NCBI GenBank assembly: GCA_963676795.2 | Contig: CAXXTB010000001.1 | Location: 288,001 to 352,000 of the forward strand | Length of the DNA: 64,000 nucleotides | From: Geopsychrobacteraceae bacterium | GTDB taxonomy: Bacteria > Desulfobacterota > Desulfuromonadia > Desulfuromonadales > Geopsychrobacteraceae | Reading direction: 5' to 3' | Shown: positions 1-9,515 of the stretch, in pieces | Layout: each line of letters opens with the position of its first letter | How positions within the stretch are numbered: position 1 is the first letter of the stretch | Made by a program: the position numbers and the translations under genes | Notes under the pieces: generated by a model | The model's input: only the letters and a program-made list of their open reading frames with translations | Databases searched by the model: none | Told to the model about the DNA's origin: nothing

Positions 1-69
1 TACCTGGCGCTCAGGTTCATTCCAGCTGAGCTCATTGCAGAGGCCAGGCAAATCAGTAAAAACGGCTAG
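1..69 (+). CDS. C-terminal fragment, probable DUF1232/YkvA-family membrane protein (partial)
   Basis: Frame 1 reads YLALRFIPAELIAEARQISKNG*, resembling the DUF1232 C-terminal helix; truncated by the window edge. Confidence 0.45.
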   Translation, partial: YLALRFIPAELIAEARQISKNG

Positions 70-139
70 CCATTCTGCCAACGCGAATGGATAATTGCAG
101 ACAAGGGCAGGACGCCCTGAATGACGTCTCTTTATCCGG

Positions 140-1108
140 CTATCTGAACACCGTGCTGATCAGATAACCCGTATAGCCCAGGTAACAAACCAGCAACACC
201 GCCCCCTCGATACGATTGATACGCCCAAGCCCCCGGAAGCCATAGCCGATGACGAACAGCGACAGAGTCAGTGCGGCCATCACAAGCATGTCCCTTTTGA
301 AGACTTCCGGACCAATCTCCAGCGGATGAATAGCACCGGCGATTCCCACCACCGCCAGGGTATTGAACAGATTGGATCCCAGGACATTGCCCAGGGCGAT
401 GTCGTGTTCCCCCTTGCGGGTGGCGATCACCGACGAGGCAAGTTCCGGCAGCGAGGTTCCCACCGCGACGATGGTCAGGCCGATAATCAGATCGCTGACA
501 CCAAATTCGTGAGCTATTTCCACCGCGCCCCAGACCAGGATGCGCGAACTCACGATAAGCAGCACCAGGCCCACCACCAGCCAGAAAAGCGCACGTTTGA
601 TCGGCATGGCGCTGACCTCCAGCTCCTGCTCCATCTCGCCTCCCAGCGAATCCTCTTTTTTTCTCAGCCCTTGCCAGATGGTCCAGATCATCAGTCCACA
701 GAAGACAACAAGCAGCAAAACAGCATCAAGCCGGGTAATGTCTCCATCCAGAAGTTGCCATGCCGCCAGCATGGTCACAACCGTGAGAATGGGTAACTCC
801 TTGCGTAATACCTGCGAATGTACGGCAATGGGACTGATCAGCGCCGTGATTCCCAGAATCAGGGCGATATTGGAGATGTTCGAACCGTAAGCATTGCCCA
901 GAGCAATACCCGGATTCCCCTGAGATGCGGCCAGCATAGAAACCACCATCTCAGGTGCGGAGGTGCCGAATCCGACAATCACCATGCCGATCAACAGCGA
1001 CGGCATGCCAAAATGACGTGCGGTAGAGGCTGATCCCTCCACAAAGCGATCTGCGCTCCAGACCAAAAGCACAAGACCAAAAATTACTGCGACAGATGCA
1101 AGTATCAT
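140..1108 (-). CDS. yrbG: Na+/Ca2+ (CaCA) antiporter, YrbG-like
   Basis: Two alpha repeats GTSAPE and GTSLPE with GN..GSN motifs; about 10 TM segments. Confidence 0.92.
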   Translation of the reverse strand: MILASVAVIFGLVLLVWSADRFVEGSASTARHFGMPSLLIGMVIVGFGTSAPEMVVSMLAASQGNPGIALGNAYGSNISNIALILGITALISPIAVHSQVLRKELPILTVVTMLAAWQLLDGDITRLDAVLLLVVFCGLMIWTIWQGLRKKEDSLGGEMEQELEVSAMPIKRALFWLVVGLVLLIVSSRILVWGAVEIAHEFGVSDLIIGLTIVAVGTSLPELASSVIATRKGEHDIALGNVLGSNLFNTLAVVGIAGAIHPLEIGPEVFKRDMLVMAALTLSLFVIGYGFRGLGRINRIEGAVLLVCYLGYTGYLISTVFR

Positions 1109-1383
1109 AAGCTCAGGTACGCCTCTTCATTTAGGAAAACAGCCGGGCAAATTCAGCTCATTCTAGCATGCCGTCACAGCCTGGAATATCGCTTTCGTGC
1201 TGTCTTTCCCGCAAGGAGCCTTGCCTTCTTGGGCGTAACCGGCAAACGGCTCTGTTTCTTATGTCTAATCAATCAGAATACATCAACTGATGATTATTTG
1301 GGGTTGGCGGGTATAATAGAGTCATCTGGTACATCATTGCTTTCAGCCACCATGACGGGAGAGGCGAATTTATGTATGAACAG

Positions 1384-2373
1384 ATGAAAAAGCTGCTGTT
1401 TCTTTGCTCTGCTGCCTTGCTGATCTTTATCTGCTCCTGCGCACCAATACCCGTCACTTCGCCTGAAAAAAACAATCTCTCTGCCTATGTAGTTGCCGAT
1501 GAGGGGACACTGCTGAGCCGATATGCACCGATCTTTATCATTGAGAATGATCAGCGGCCGTACAACCGGATCGGCACCCCCCTGGCGGAGATCGGTGACG
1601 ATGGTAAGGAAGTCATCTCTGTCAGCCCAGTACAGGCGACGCTCTATACCCGGATCGACAGCTTTACGACCGACAAGGGCTCTTTCACCAATCTGCTCTA
1701 CCGCATCCACTTCGAACAGATCCCCGGCGGCCTGATGCCCTTTTACCTGGGACAGGGAAAGAACATCGGACTGCTGGTCATTGTCACCCTCGACAGCCGG
1801 AACCGACCGCTCCTCTATACCTCGCTGCATACCTGCGGCTGCTACCTGGCCTTTGTCCCGACATCTGAACTGCCGGAGGATTATTTCCCCGCCAACTGGA
1901 ACAGGGCACGGCAAGAGGTCTATGGCGAAGAGTTGCCGGGGCTTCTCGACTTCGGCGAATCAGCTGCGGACAGACGCAAAGTGCTGATCCTGCTCAGGGA
2001 CGCCACCCACCGGGTCAAGGATCTGTGGCTCTCTTCTCCTGAAGCTCTGAATCAGTACCATTTGCTTCCCATTCAGACCCGGCCCTTTGAGGCCCTGGAA
2101 GCACTGCCGCTGGAAAACCGGACGACCTCCTTCTATGAAACCTCCGGACCGCGCAGCGGGTACGTCAAAGGCAGCCACAAAATCATGGAACGGCTGCTGA
2201 TGAGCTGGTGGGCTCTGGACTGGAGAATCGGGGAGGACAAAAAACTTGGCAAAAATACCAGTGACGGAATCCTCTTCTACACCAGCCTGAAACCCTGGAA
2301 CAGGCAAGAGTCTGATCTGCGCGATTTTGCCGGATTCCTGAAATTCTGGGGCTGGAATTTTTCCTCGCAATAA
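1384..2373 (+). CDS. Uncharacterised lipoprotein
   Basis: MKKLLFLCSAALLIFICSC signal with lipobox-like Cys; long ORF (alternative start 1372); HTCGCY motif. Confidence 0.75.
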   Translation: MKKLLFLCSAALLIFICSCAPIPVTSPEKNNLSAYVVADEGTLLSRYAPIFIIENDQRPYNRIGTPLAEIGDDGKEVISVSPVQATLYTRIDSFTTDKGSFTNLLYRIHFEQIPGGLMPFYLGQGKNIGLLVIVTLDSRNRPLLYTSLHTCGCYLAFVPTSELPEDYFPANWNRARQEVYGEELPGLLDFGESAADRRKVLILLRDATHRVKDLWLSSPEALNQYHLLPIQTRPFEALEALPLENRTTSFYETSGPRSGYVKGSHKIMERLLMSWWALDWRIGEDKKLGKNTSDGILFYTSLKPWNRQESDLRDFAGFLKFWGWNFSSQ

Positions 2374-2471
2374 TCATATATTCAGGCTCAAATACGCTCG
2401 TAACAATACTTCGGCAGATTATGAAAGGTCTGAACAGACTTGATCATCTTTCTCTGAGGAGTAACCAAGCC

Positions 2472-3023
2472 ATGACCAAAAATCGTGTCTGTCCTGTTGA
2501 ACGGGCAGGATCACTGGATAACAGCTGGCGCAGATGGTTTCAGAACCCGCAGAAGATTCTCAAACCCTACCTGCGCCAGGGGATGACAGTCCTTGATGTC
2601 GGCTGTGGACCGGGGTTCTTTTCCCTCGCCATGGCTGAAATGGTTGGCAAATCGGGCAGGGTTATCGCCGTCGACCTGCAGCAGGGGATGTTGGATAAAT
2701 TGCAGGCGAAGCTTAGCGGAACCCAACTTGAAAAGCGTGTCCAGCTTCATCTCTCGGCTGACGACAGACTGGGTGTCACTGAGCCGGTTGATTTTGCCCT
2801 GCTTTTTTACATGGTTCATGAAGTTCCCGATAAAGCGTCTTTTTTTGCAGAGCTGTACTCTATTTTGAAGGCAGAAAGTTCAGCCCTTCTGGTTGAACCG
2901 CCCTTTCATGTGTCGGACCCGGCATTCCAGAAAACCTTGCAGCTCGCAACGAGCGGGGGCTTTTCTGTCTCGGCTGGTCCGAAAATGTTTCTGCACAAGA
3001 CAGCGTTGTTATTGAAGCAGTAA
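2472..3023 (+). CDS. Class I SAM-dependent methyltransferase
   Basis: VLDVGCGPGFF motif I, VIAVD motif II; GAGGAG upstream of ATG 2472. Confidence 0.9.
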   Translation: MTKNRVCPVERAGSLDNSWRRWFQNPQKILKPYLRQGMTVLDVGCGPGFFSLAMAEMVGKSGRVIAVDLQQGMLDKLQAKLSGTQLEKRVQLHLSADDRLGVTEPVDFALLFYMVHEVPDKASFFAELYSILKAESSALLVEPPFHVSDPAFQKTLQLATSGGFSVSAGPKMFLHKTALLLKQ

Positions 3024-3093
3024 CCTCCAGCAAATCAATCAACCTGATATTTATTTTCTTATCTATTGATGGCAAAACAGGGAGGGGAGTCCA

Positions 3094-3621
3094 ATGTCAA
3101 CACAGGGTATTCTGATCAGAGATGAAAGAACTGCCGATCATGCCGCTATCTCTGCTGTGACAATCGCAGCTTTCGCAACTCAGGAGATCAGCAATCACAC
3201 GGAACAATTTGTCATCGAGGCCTTGAGAACCGCCCAGGCCCTGTCAATTTCACTGGTTGCTGAGATCAACGAACGTATCGTCGGGCACATTGCCTTTTCG
3301 CCGGTCACCATGTCGGACGGCAGCACAGGCTGGTACGGCCTTGGCCCTGTTTCGATACATCCTGATTTTCAGCACAAGGGGATCGGCAAGACACTGATCC
3401 GCGAAGGGCTGTCACGGTTGATGAACACGGGCGCCAAGGGCTGCTGCCTGGTCGGTCATCCTGAATATTATCGGCAGTTTGGATTTGAAAATGCGGCAGC
3501 TTTGACCCTGGAGGGCGTTCCCCCGGAGGTCTTTTTTGTTTTGTCATTCAACGGACAGATCCCACAAGGAACTGTCACCTTTTCTGATGCATTCAAGACA
3601 AGGGGGCCGGTTGAATCATGA
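3094..3621 (+). CDS. GNAT N-acetyltransferase (YhbS-like)
   Basis: IVGHIAFS, LGPVSIHPDFQHKGIG, LVGHPEYYRQFGF motifs; GGAG RBS. Confidence 0.92.
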   Translation: MSTQGILIRDERTADHAAISAVTIAAFATQEISNHTEQFVIEALRTAQALSISLVAEINERIVGHIAFSPVTMSDGSTGWYGLGPVSIHPDFQHKGIGKTLIREGLSRLMNTGAKGCCLVGHPEYYRQFGFENAAALTLEGVPPEVFFVLSFNGQIPQGTVTFSDAFKTRGPVES

Positions 3622-3990
3622 TCAACGAAATTCGCTCCGCCCTGCGGGAGGCTGGCGATGAAGAAAAGGCCGCACAACTGCAGCGTTTTTTAAAACCGGC
3701 CCCGGCGAATACGGTGCAGGGGACCTGTTTATCGGCGTCCGGGTTCCGGCAACGCGCCGCGTAGCGAAAAAATTTCACCAGTTGCCGCTGGAAGATACCT
3801 TGAGCCTGCTCCGTTCGGAAGTTCATGAGGAACGACTGCTCGCCCTGATCCTTATGACCCAGAAATTTCGCAAGGGCTCTGCCGTGCAGCAGGCAGAGAT
3901 CGTCTCTATCTGGAGAATGTCGGAACACTGGTCTTCGTGTATTTCCGTGACCCTGAAGGGAATATTGTCGAGATTCAATCGTGGAGATAG
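3618..3990 (+). pseudogene. Frameshifted, truncated DNA alkylation repair (AlkD-like) gene joined to the 3' end of a VOC/glyoxalase gene
   Basis: MINEIRSALREAGDEEKAAQLQRF, shift at T6A4 (3686-3695), then FKTGPGEYGAGDLFIGVRVP...SEVHEERLLAL; from 3901 another frame reads RLYLENVGTLVFVYFRDPEGNIVEIQSWR*. Confidence 0.75.
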
Positions 3991-4093
3991 ACAAGTTCTG
4001 CTCCCAGGGCTGCCCTTGTTCAAACGCCTGGGTTTCAAGTAGAATTTAATCTACAGACTCCTTCAATCGAAGGTTAGAACCTCAAGGACACCA

Positions 4094-5113
4094 ATGAATA
4101 AACAACTCATCACAAATATCAGACCTCTCGGTTTCACCTGGCAGACCCAGGACCCCTTTCTGTTCTGCGTGCATCATCAGGACAGTTATCCTGCTGGCAC
4201 TGGCGAAATGGGACCTGACCCGGCGCTTCTCAAAGGCCGCCAGATCGGCCAGGATTTCACCCCCAAAGACGGTTGGCGCATGTACCACGGTGATACGGTT
4301 CCGGGCTTTCCCGAGCACCCGCACAGGGGATTTGAGACGGTCACTGTTGTTCTCGAGGGATTTGTCGATCATTCCGACTCGCACGGCGCGGCCGGCCGCT
4401 ACGGGGTAGGGGACGTGCAGTGGATGACGGCCGGCTCCGGCCTGCAACACGCCGAGATGTTCCCTCTGATTCACCGGGACAGGCCGAACCCGCTGGAACT
4501 GTTCCAGATCTGGCTCAACCTGCCGGGCAGAAGCAAATTTGTCGAACCGCACTACAAGATGCTCTGGGCCGAGGATATCCCCACCCGCCGGGAGCTGGAT
4601 CCAAGCGGCAAAGAGATCGCGGTTACCATCATTGCCGGACAGCTGCATGAGGTCAAAGCCCCGGCCCCGGCGCCCGATTCCTGGGCGGAGGATTCCGCCA
4701 ACGAGGTAGCGATCTGGCTGATTCAACTCGAAGCCGGCGCCACATGGACCCTTCCGCCTTGCTCACCGGAGATCCACCGTTCGCTCTATTTTTACCGGGG
4801 GGATTCTCTCAAGCTTGCCGGCATTAACCTTGATCACTACCACTCAGCGGATATCGTTGCTGGACAGTCCGTACCTCTGGAAAACGGCCAGGAAACGACG
4901 TTTCTGCTTCTGCTCCAGGGGAAACCGATCGCTGAGCCGGTGGAGCAGCACGGTCCCTTCGTCATGAACAGCAAGGAGGAGATCAACCAGGCGATCGCCG
5001 ATTACCGGACGACCCGCTTCGGTGGCTGGCCCTGGCCGCGACCTGACCATATCCACCCCAGAGAAAGCGGCCGCTTCGCACTCTACGCCGACGGGCGCAG
5101 AGAAGAGAAGTGA
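4094..5113 (+). CDS. Pirin family protein
   Basis: GFPEHPHRGFETVT, HSDS, QWMTAGSGLQHAE, GPFVMN pirin motifs. Confidence 0.95.
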   Translation: MNKQLITNIRPLGFTWQTQDPFLFCVHHQDSYPAGTGEMGPDPALLKGRQIGQDFTPKDGWRMYHGDTVPGFPEHPHRGFETVTVVLEGFVDHSDSHGAAGRYGVGDVQWMTAGSGLQHAEMFPLIHRDRPNPLELFQIWLNLPGRSKFVEPHYKMLWAEDIPTRRELDPSGKEIAVTIIAGQLHEVKAPAPAPDSWAEDSANEVAIWLIQLEAGATWTLPPCSPEIHRSLYFYRGDSLKLAGINLDHYHSADIVAGQSVPLENGQETTFLLLLQGKPIAEPVEQHGPFVMNSKEEINQAIADYRTTRFGGWPWPRPDHIHPRESGRFALYADGRREEK

Positions 5114-5249
5114 CCTCGGCTGGTGATTTTTTATCTCTGATTCATCGCCAGCCATCGATCCTCATGTAAACTTATATCTGATGCGTCACGTTGTGTGTCT
5201 TTCAAAAATGCCGGTCGAGTGACACCTACCGTTCACCGGGAGTGCAGCC

Positions 5250-5720
5250 ATGTCACAGTTTATAGATAAGGCAAAAATCGCTGAGCTGAATTGTGAAATC
5301 GAATCGTTACGCCATGAATTACAGAATCAGAATAAAGAACTTGAAGACCTCAAGGAAAAAAATTCAGAGGATATAACGGAACTGGAGTGGGAAGTCAGTG
5401 ACTACAGACAGCATGAAGCGGTCGACTATGAACAACGGGTCGAAACGATCAACAAAGAATTGGAGAACAGCAAAAACAAGGAAAACCCGGTGGAACAGTT
5501 CCTTGCGACTTTAGAACTGGACGATGCCGCTTCAGTTGCAGCAACCATCGATCAATATTACCGGAAAAAGCAGCAACCCCGGTTGGTCATTGTCTTTCTG
5601 CTCGGCATTCTGGTTCCGCTGGCCGTCTGGTTTATCAATGATTTTGCCAGTAACGATCAGTCCTACGGGACGATCTTCAGACAACTTATCGACAACCTTG
5701 CAAAATTCATCAGCAGCTGA
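5250..5720 (+). CDS. Hypothetical coiled-coil protein with C-terminal TM helix
   Basis: E/K/Q-rich heptads, then LVIVFLLGILVPLAVWFI; GGAG RBS. Confidence 0.7.
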   Translation: MSQFIDKAKIAELNCEIESLRHELQNQNKELEDLKEKNSEDITELEWEVSDYRQHEAVDYEQRVETINKELENSKNKENPVEQFLATLELDDAASVAATIDQYYRKKQQPRLVIVFLLGILVPLAVWFINDFASNDQSYGTIFRQLIDNLAKFISS

Positions 5721-5770
5721 ATCCGCCGGGAGGAAAACCCTCACTCAACCCCGTCACACAACCGCTGCTA

Positions 5771-6184
5771 TCAACCCTGGTTTTCCAGCAGTGCCAGTTC
5801 GGAATTCAGCGCAGCCAGTTCAGCCTGTTTGCTCTGCAGTTCCTGTCGCGCTTCGTCACTGCTCAGCGCTTCCGCTGATAGCGATGCGATTTCACTTTCC
5901 AGGGCGCTGATCTCCGCTTCAAGCTCTTCAATGCTGCTGTCATCGCTTGCGGTGGCACTGCCGCTGGAACCCTGGATCATTGCCGACTGGCTACCGGTAT
6001 CCAAATTGGAAGATTCACTCTGCCCTGCCTCCTGAAGGGTCAGACTGGCCGCTTCATCCGAAATCGTCACCGTATCGCCAAAGCTGGTCTGGGTTGTTGT
6101 ACTGTCAATGCTCTCTGCCTGACGGTTCCGCACCGTTGTCTGCGCGACCGTATAAAGACTGCTGCTGACTGAATTAATATCCAT
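5771..6184 (-). CDS. FlxA-like low-complexity coiled-coil protein
   Basis: GGAGG RBS before MDINSV; DTVTIS motif, Ser-rich linker, C-terminal coiled coil; TATAAT upstream. Confidence 0.65.
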   Translation of the reverse strand: MDINSVSSSLYTVAQTTVRNRQAESIDSTTTQTSFGDTVTISDEAASLTLQEAGQSESSNLDTGSQSAMIQGSSGSATASDDSSIEELEAEISALESEIASLSAEALSSDEARQELQSKQAELAALNSELALLENQG

Positions 6185-6255
6185 TCTGGCCTCCATCATT
6201 TTTTGATTATAAAGCAGAATCGAATTATTTTTCAGTGTGTTACAAAGACAATACA

Positions 6256-6287
6256 AAAAAATCCCCATCGTCAGAGGGGGATTTTTT
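6256..6287 (-). terminator. Intrinsic terminator
   Basis: aaaaaatcccc...ggggatttttt hairpin with A/T tails on both sides. Confidence 0.75.
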
Positions 6288-6313
6288 ATCTTCTAACTTT
6301 TTGAGACCTGTCT

Positions 6314-6478
6314 CTACTTCTTCCCTGATTCTTCCGGGTTCTGCTTCTTTTTCTGCTCGCCGTCACGCGGGAGCTCACAGGCACCAGACATTCAGGTCTG
6401 AACTCCCAGTCTGGGGAGGATAAAACGGTTCAGAACATACCAGACGACGACAAAGCCGATGATGTAAAGCCATTCCAT
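6314..6478 (-). CDS. Small membrane protein with in-frame TGA, candidate selenoprotein (54 aa)
   Basis: AAAGGT RBS; MEWLYIIGFVVVWYVLNRFILPRLGVQT-TGA(6394-6392)-MSGACELPRDGEQKKKQNPEESGKK-TAG; hairpin at 6374-6355; not in the ORF track. Confidence 0.65.
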
Positions 6479-6548
6479 AAGTCGTTACCTTTCTGAAAGA
6501 CTTACTCAGTGTAACCGCTGCACGAAAAATAATCAATAATATATATTT

Positions 6549-7931
6549 TTATATGTTTTGTGGCAGCTCCATACTCACTGAAAGACCACCGCTTTCGTGA
6601 TTTTCAGCCTTGATTCTGCCTCTATGCAGTACCACGGCACGCTTGGCGATCGCCAGGCCGATGCCGGTTCCGCCGCTCTGCCGGTCACGTGCATCGGCGA
6701 CCCGGTAAAAGGGTTCGAACAGCTTGTCGAGTGAGTCCTCGGGCACACCCGGCCCTTGATCATCGACGCTGATATGCACAACAGCGTCCTGCTGGCGCAG
6801 ACTGACCCTGACGACACCCTGTTCGGCGGAGTATTTGACCGCGTTGCGGATCACGTTCTCAATGGCGTGAGCGAGCAGGTCTTCCGAACCGTTCAAAAGC
6901 ACCTGATCCGGGGCATCCAATTCGACCCGACAGTTGTGCTTCTGGGCTTCATAGCTGGCATCCTGAACGAGTCTATCGAGCAGACCGGACAGATCGAAAA
7001 GCTCAAACTTGTACTGCGCCGCGCCGCTTTCGAGACGGGTCAGGCTGAGCAGCTGACCGATCATCTCGTTCATCCGCTCGGCTTCACATTCGATCCGTTC
7101 CAGGGCCTTGGCCTGGGTTTCCGGCTTGCCCTGCTGACGAGCCAGCTCCAGAGCGACGCCAAGCCTGGCCAGCGGCGACCTGAGCTCATGGGAGATATCC
7201 CTGAGCAGTTGCTTCTGACCGGCGACCAGATCTTCGATCTTGGTCGCCATATCATCGAAATCGTGAGCCAGACCGGCCAGTTCCTGAGAACCTTTGATCT
7301 GACCGCCGATGCGAATCGACAGGTCGCCGGCAGCAAATTTCCGGGTGGCCTGACGCAAACGGCCAATCGGCGCTGTCAGAGAACGGGCCAGAACAAAACA
7401 GATCAGCGCAGAAATGATCAGTAGCAGCAGAAGCTGCCAACCGAGAAAACCATGAGTGACCTCTTTGGCAATATTCGCCGGCGCCGGACGGTCAGGCAGG
7501 CTCAGAGCGACAACATAGGTCTGCCCCGAATCCGCCTGAATCACCGTTGCCAGACTTTGCATGCCGTGCATCCCCATGTTCGGCATCACCAGTTCACCGC
7601 TGCTCAAGGCCCGCTTGACAATCCGTGACATGCGGAAATGAGGCTGGCGTTCAGCGGAGAGCGGTTCCCCGTATTGATCAAAGAGGGCCAACAAAATCCC
7701 GGTTCTGCGCCGCACCCTGTCGGTATAATCATCAAGAGCTCTGATGCCGGCATTCTCATAGGCACGGATCGCATCACGGCCATATTCGGTAACAGCGCGC
7801 TGGGCAAAATCCTGATTGGCCAAGGATGGAAACTGCTGGTTGCGCAAATAGGTCAGAACCACCGTTATCCCGGCAACAAGCAGGATGATCAGCAGAAAAT
7901 AAAGGAATATCTTGAAAAACAGGCTGCGCAT
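6549..7931 (-). CDS. Sensor histidine kinase, CpxA-like
   Basis: 2 TM, HAMP, DISHELRSPL H-box, ENVIRNA N-box, DQGPG, GGTGIGLAI. Confidence 0.92.
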   Translation of the reverse strand: MRSLFFKIFLYFLLIILLVAGITVVLTYLRNQQFPSLANQDFAQRAVTEYGRDAIRAYENAGIRALDDYTDRVRRRTGILLALFDQYGEPLSAERQPHFRMSRIVKRALSSGELVMPNMGMHGMQSLATVIQADSGQTYVVALSLPDRPAPANIAKEVTHGFLGWQLLLLLIISALICFVLARSLTAPIGRLRQATRKFAAGDLSIRIGGQIKGSQELAGLAHDFDDMATKIEDLVAGQKQLLRDISHELRSPLARLGVALELARQQGKPETQAKALERIECEAERMNEMIGQLLSLTRLESGAAQYKFELFDLSGLLDRLVQDASYEAQKHNCRVELDAPDQVLLNGSEDLLAHAIENVIRNAVKYSAEQGVVRVSLRQQDAVVHISVDDQGPGVPEDSLDKLFEPFYRVADARDRQSGGTGIGLAIAKRAVVLHRGRIKAENHESGGLSVSMELPQNI

Positions 7932-8647
7932 CAGGTTTCCTTATCCGGCAGACAGTAGATATAGCCAACCCCGCGGACAGTGCGGATCAGGTCGGTATCG
8001 GTGTCGCTTTTTCCCTTGCCAAGTTTCTTACGCAGAGCGCTGACATGGACATCGATACTCCGGTCATAGGCCGACAATCTGCGACCGAGAACCTTCTCCG
8101 TCAGCTCATCACGGCTGATAACCTCACCGGCCTGGGCCATCAGCTCTTCCAGCAGGTTAAACTCGACCGAAGTCAGATCGACGACCTTTCCGTCCCGCTT
8201 GACCGTCCGGTTGGTCGTCGACAGAACGACATCGCCGATCTTTCGCTCCGTGGCTTTCTTGTCTGCGTCAGGCGTACTCTCAGTGTTTTCAAGGCGACGA
8301 TGAACCGCACGGATGCGAGCCACCAGTTCGCGGGGATTGAAAGGCTTCGGCAGATAATCGTCCGCGCCCATCTCCAGGCCGACAATCCGGTCGATATCGT
8401 CTCCCCGGGCAGTGAGCATGATCACCGGTACCTTGCTCGACTCACGAATCTTCCTTAAGACATCAAAACCATTCATCCCCGGCAACATGACATCCAGAAT
8501 AATCAGGGAATAGGTGCCGGCCAGAGCACGCTCCGCCCCCTGTTCACCCTGATGCACGGCAGCGATGGAAAAGCCTTCGTTACTCAGGTAATCGGTCAGC
8601 AGTTCGCAGAGTTCATTATCGTCATCAATAATCAGAATTTGATCCAT
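7931..8647 (-). CDS. OmpR-family response regulator, CpxR-like
   Basis: Receiver (LDVMLP, GADDYLPKPF) plus winged helix (DRSIDVHVSALRKKL, TVRGVGY); 1-bp overlap with kinase. Confidence 0.93.
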   Translation of the reverse strand: MDQILIIDDDNELCELLTDYLSNEGFSIAAVHQGEQGAERALAGTYSLIILDVMLPGMNGFDVLRKIRESSKVPVIMLTARGDDIDRIVGLEMGADDYLPKPFNPRELVARIRAVHRRLENTESTPDADKKATERKIGDVVLSTTNRTVKRDGKVVDLTSVEFNLLEELMAQAGEVISRDELTEKVLGRRLSAYDRSIDVHVSALRKKLGKGKSDTDTDLIRTVRGVGYIYCLPDKET

Positions 8648-8700
8648 CGTATTTACCTCGCGTTATTTGGACATTTTAGCCTGACCGATACGCCTGTGCT

Positions 8701-8771
8701 GTAAAGAAATGTAAAGCAAGTCCCTGAAATTACGTCTTAACACAACTTTACAAAACCTCACAGCACTTTAC
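8701..8771. promoter_or_regulatory. CpxR-type binding sites in divergent promoter
   Basis: Perfect GTAAA-N5-GTAAA at 8701-8715; opposite-orientation array TTAAC-N5-TTTAC-N5-CTCAC-N5-TTTAC at 8737-8771. Confidence 0.75.
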
Positions 8772-8842
8772 CCCCCCTTAAGATCTTTTGCTCTATAGTC
8801 TGATCATCACAACGACGTTGCTATTACGCAAAGGAGAAAAAA

Positions 8843-9436
8843 ATGAACAAGAAGATTATGATCCCGACTTTGATCTGCAGTGCTCTTTTAATTACCACAA
8901 GTGCTTTCGCCTGGGGCGGACCTAGGGACGGACGCGGCTGTGATACTTTCGGACCAGGTGTTCGCGGCCAACAAGCGAAAGTCATAACAGCAGAGCAGCA
9001 TCAGCAGATGGTTCAGCAGCGTGTCGAACGCCAGGCTGTCCTGCTTGATCTCAGTGACAAGCAGAAAGAACAGCTGACCAAACTGCACAATGATCAATTT
9101 ACCCAGCGCCAGGAAATGCGCACCAAGATGCAGGCAAGCAGAGATGCTCTCACCGCTTATCGCCTGAACGATAACTTCAAAGAGTCCGAGTTCCGTAAAC
9201 TGGCTGAACAGCAGGCTGATCTGAGAACCGACATGATGGTACAAGGCGCCAAATTCCAACAGCAGCTTAAAGACGTTCTGACTCCAGAACAACAGGCGAA
9301 AGCCGAAAAACTGCAGGCAATGAATGGTCCTGGAAAAGGCCAGCGCGGCGGCAAAGGGATCTCCCCCAACAGCAACTGCCCTGCATCAGGTTATGGCCAA
9401 GGCCATCAGGGTAAAGGCCAGCGTGGTTGGATGTAA
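8843..9436 (+). CDS. Spy/CpxP family periplasmic chaperone
   Basis: Signal peptide, LSDKQ and LTPEQ (LTxxQ) motifs; divergent from CpxRA-like pair. Confidence 0.88.
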   Translation: MNKKIMIPTLICSALLITTSAFAWGGPRDGRGCDTFGPGVRGQQAKVITAEQHQQMVQQRVERQAVLLDLSDKQKEQLTKLHNDQFTQRQEMRTKMQASRDALTAYRLNDNFKESEFRKLAEQQADLRTDMMVQGAKFQQQLKDVLTPEQQAKAEKLQAMNGPGKGQRGGKGISPNSNCPASGYGQGHQGKGQRGWM

Positions 9437-9477
9437 GGCAGCCATAACATAAACCTCCTCATCTCCCCCTAACTCCC

Positions 9478-9515
9478 AAACAAAACGGGCTTCCATCCGG
9501 AAGCCCGTTTTGTTT
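9478..9515. terminator. Bidirectional terminator
   Basis: aaacaaaacgggcttcc-atcc-ggaagcccgttttgttt between convergent genes. Confidence 0.85.

Noticed and set aside
1120..1270. Leader of the Na+/Ca2+ antiporter as a possible ion riboswitch
   Set aside because: Only small hairpins; I could not match yybP-ykoY, nhaA or Na+ riboswitch consensus by eye
3686..3695. Programmed -1 frameshift in the AlkD-like gene
   Set aside because: The gene is also truncated downstream, so a functional recoded product is unlikely
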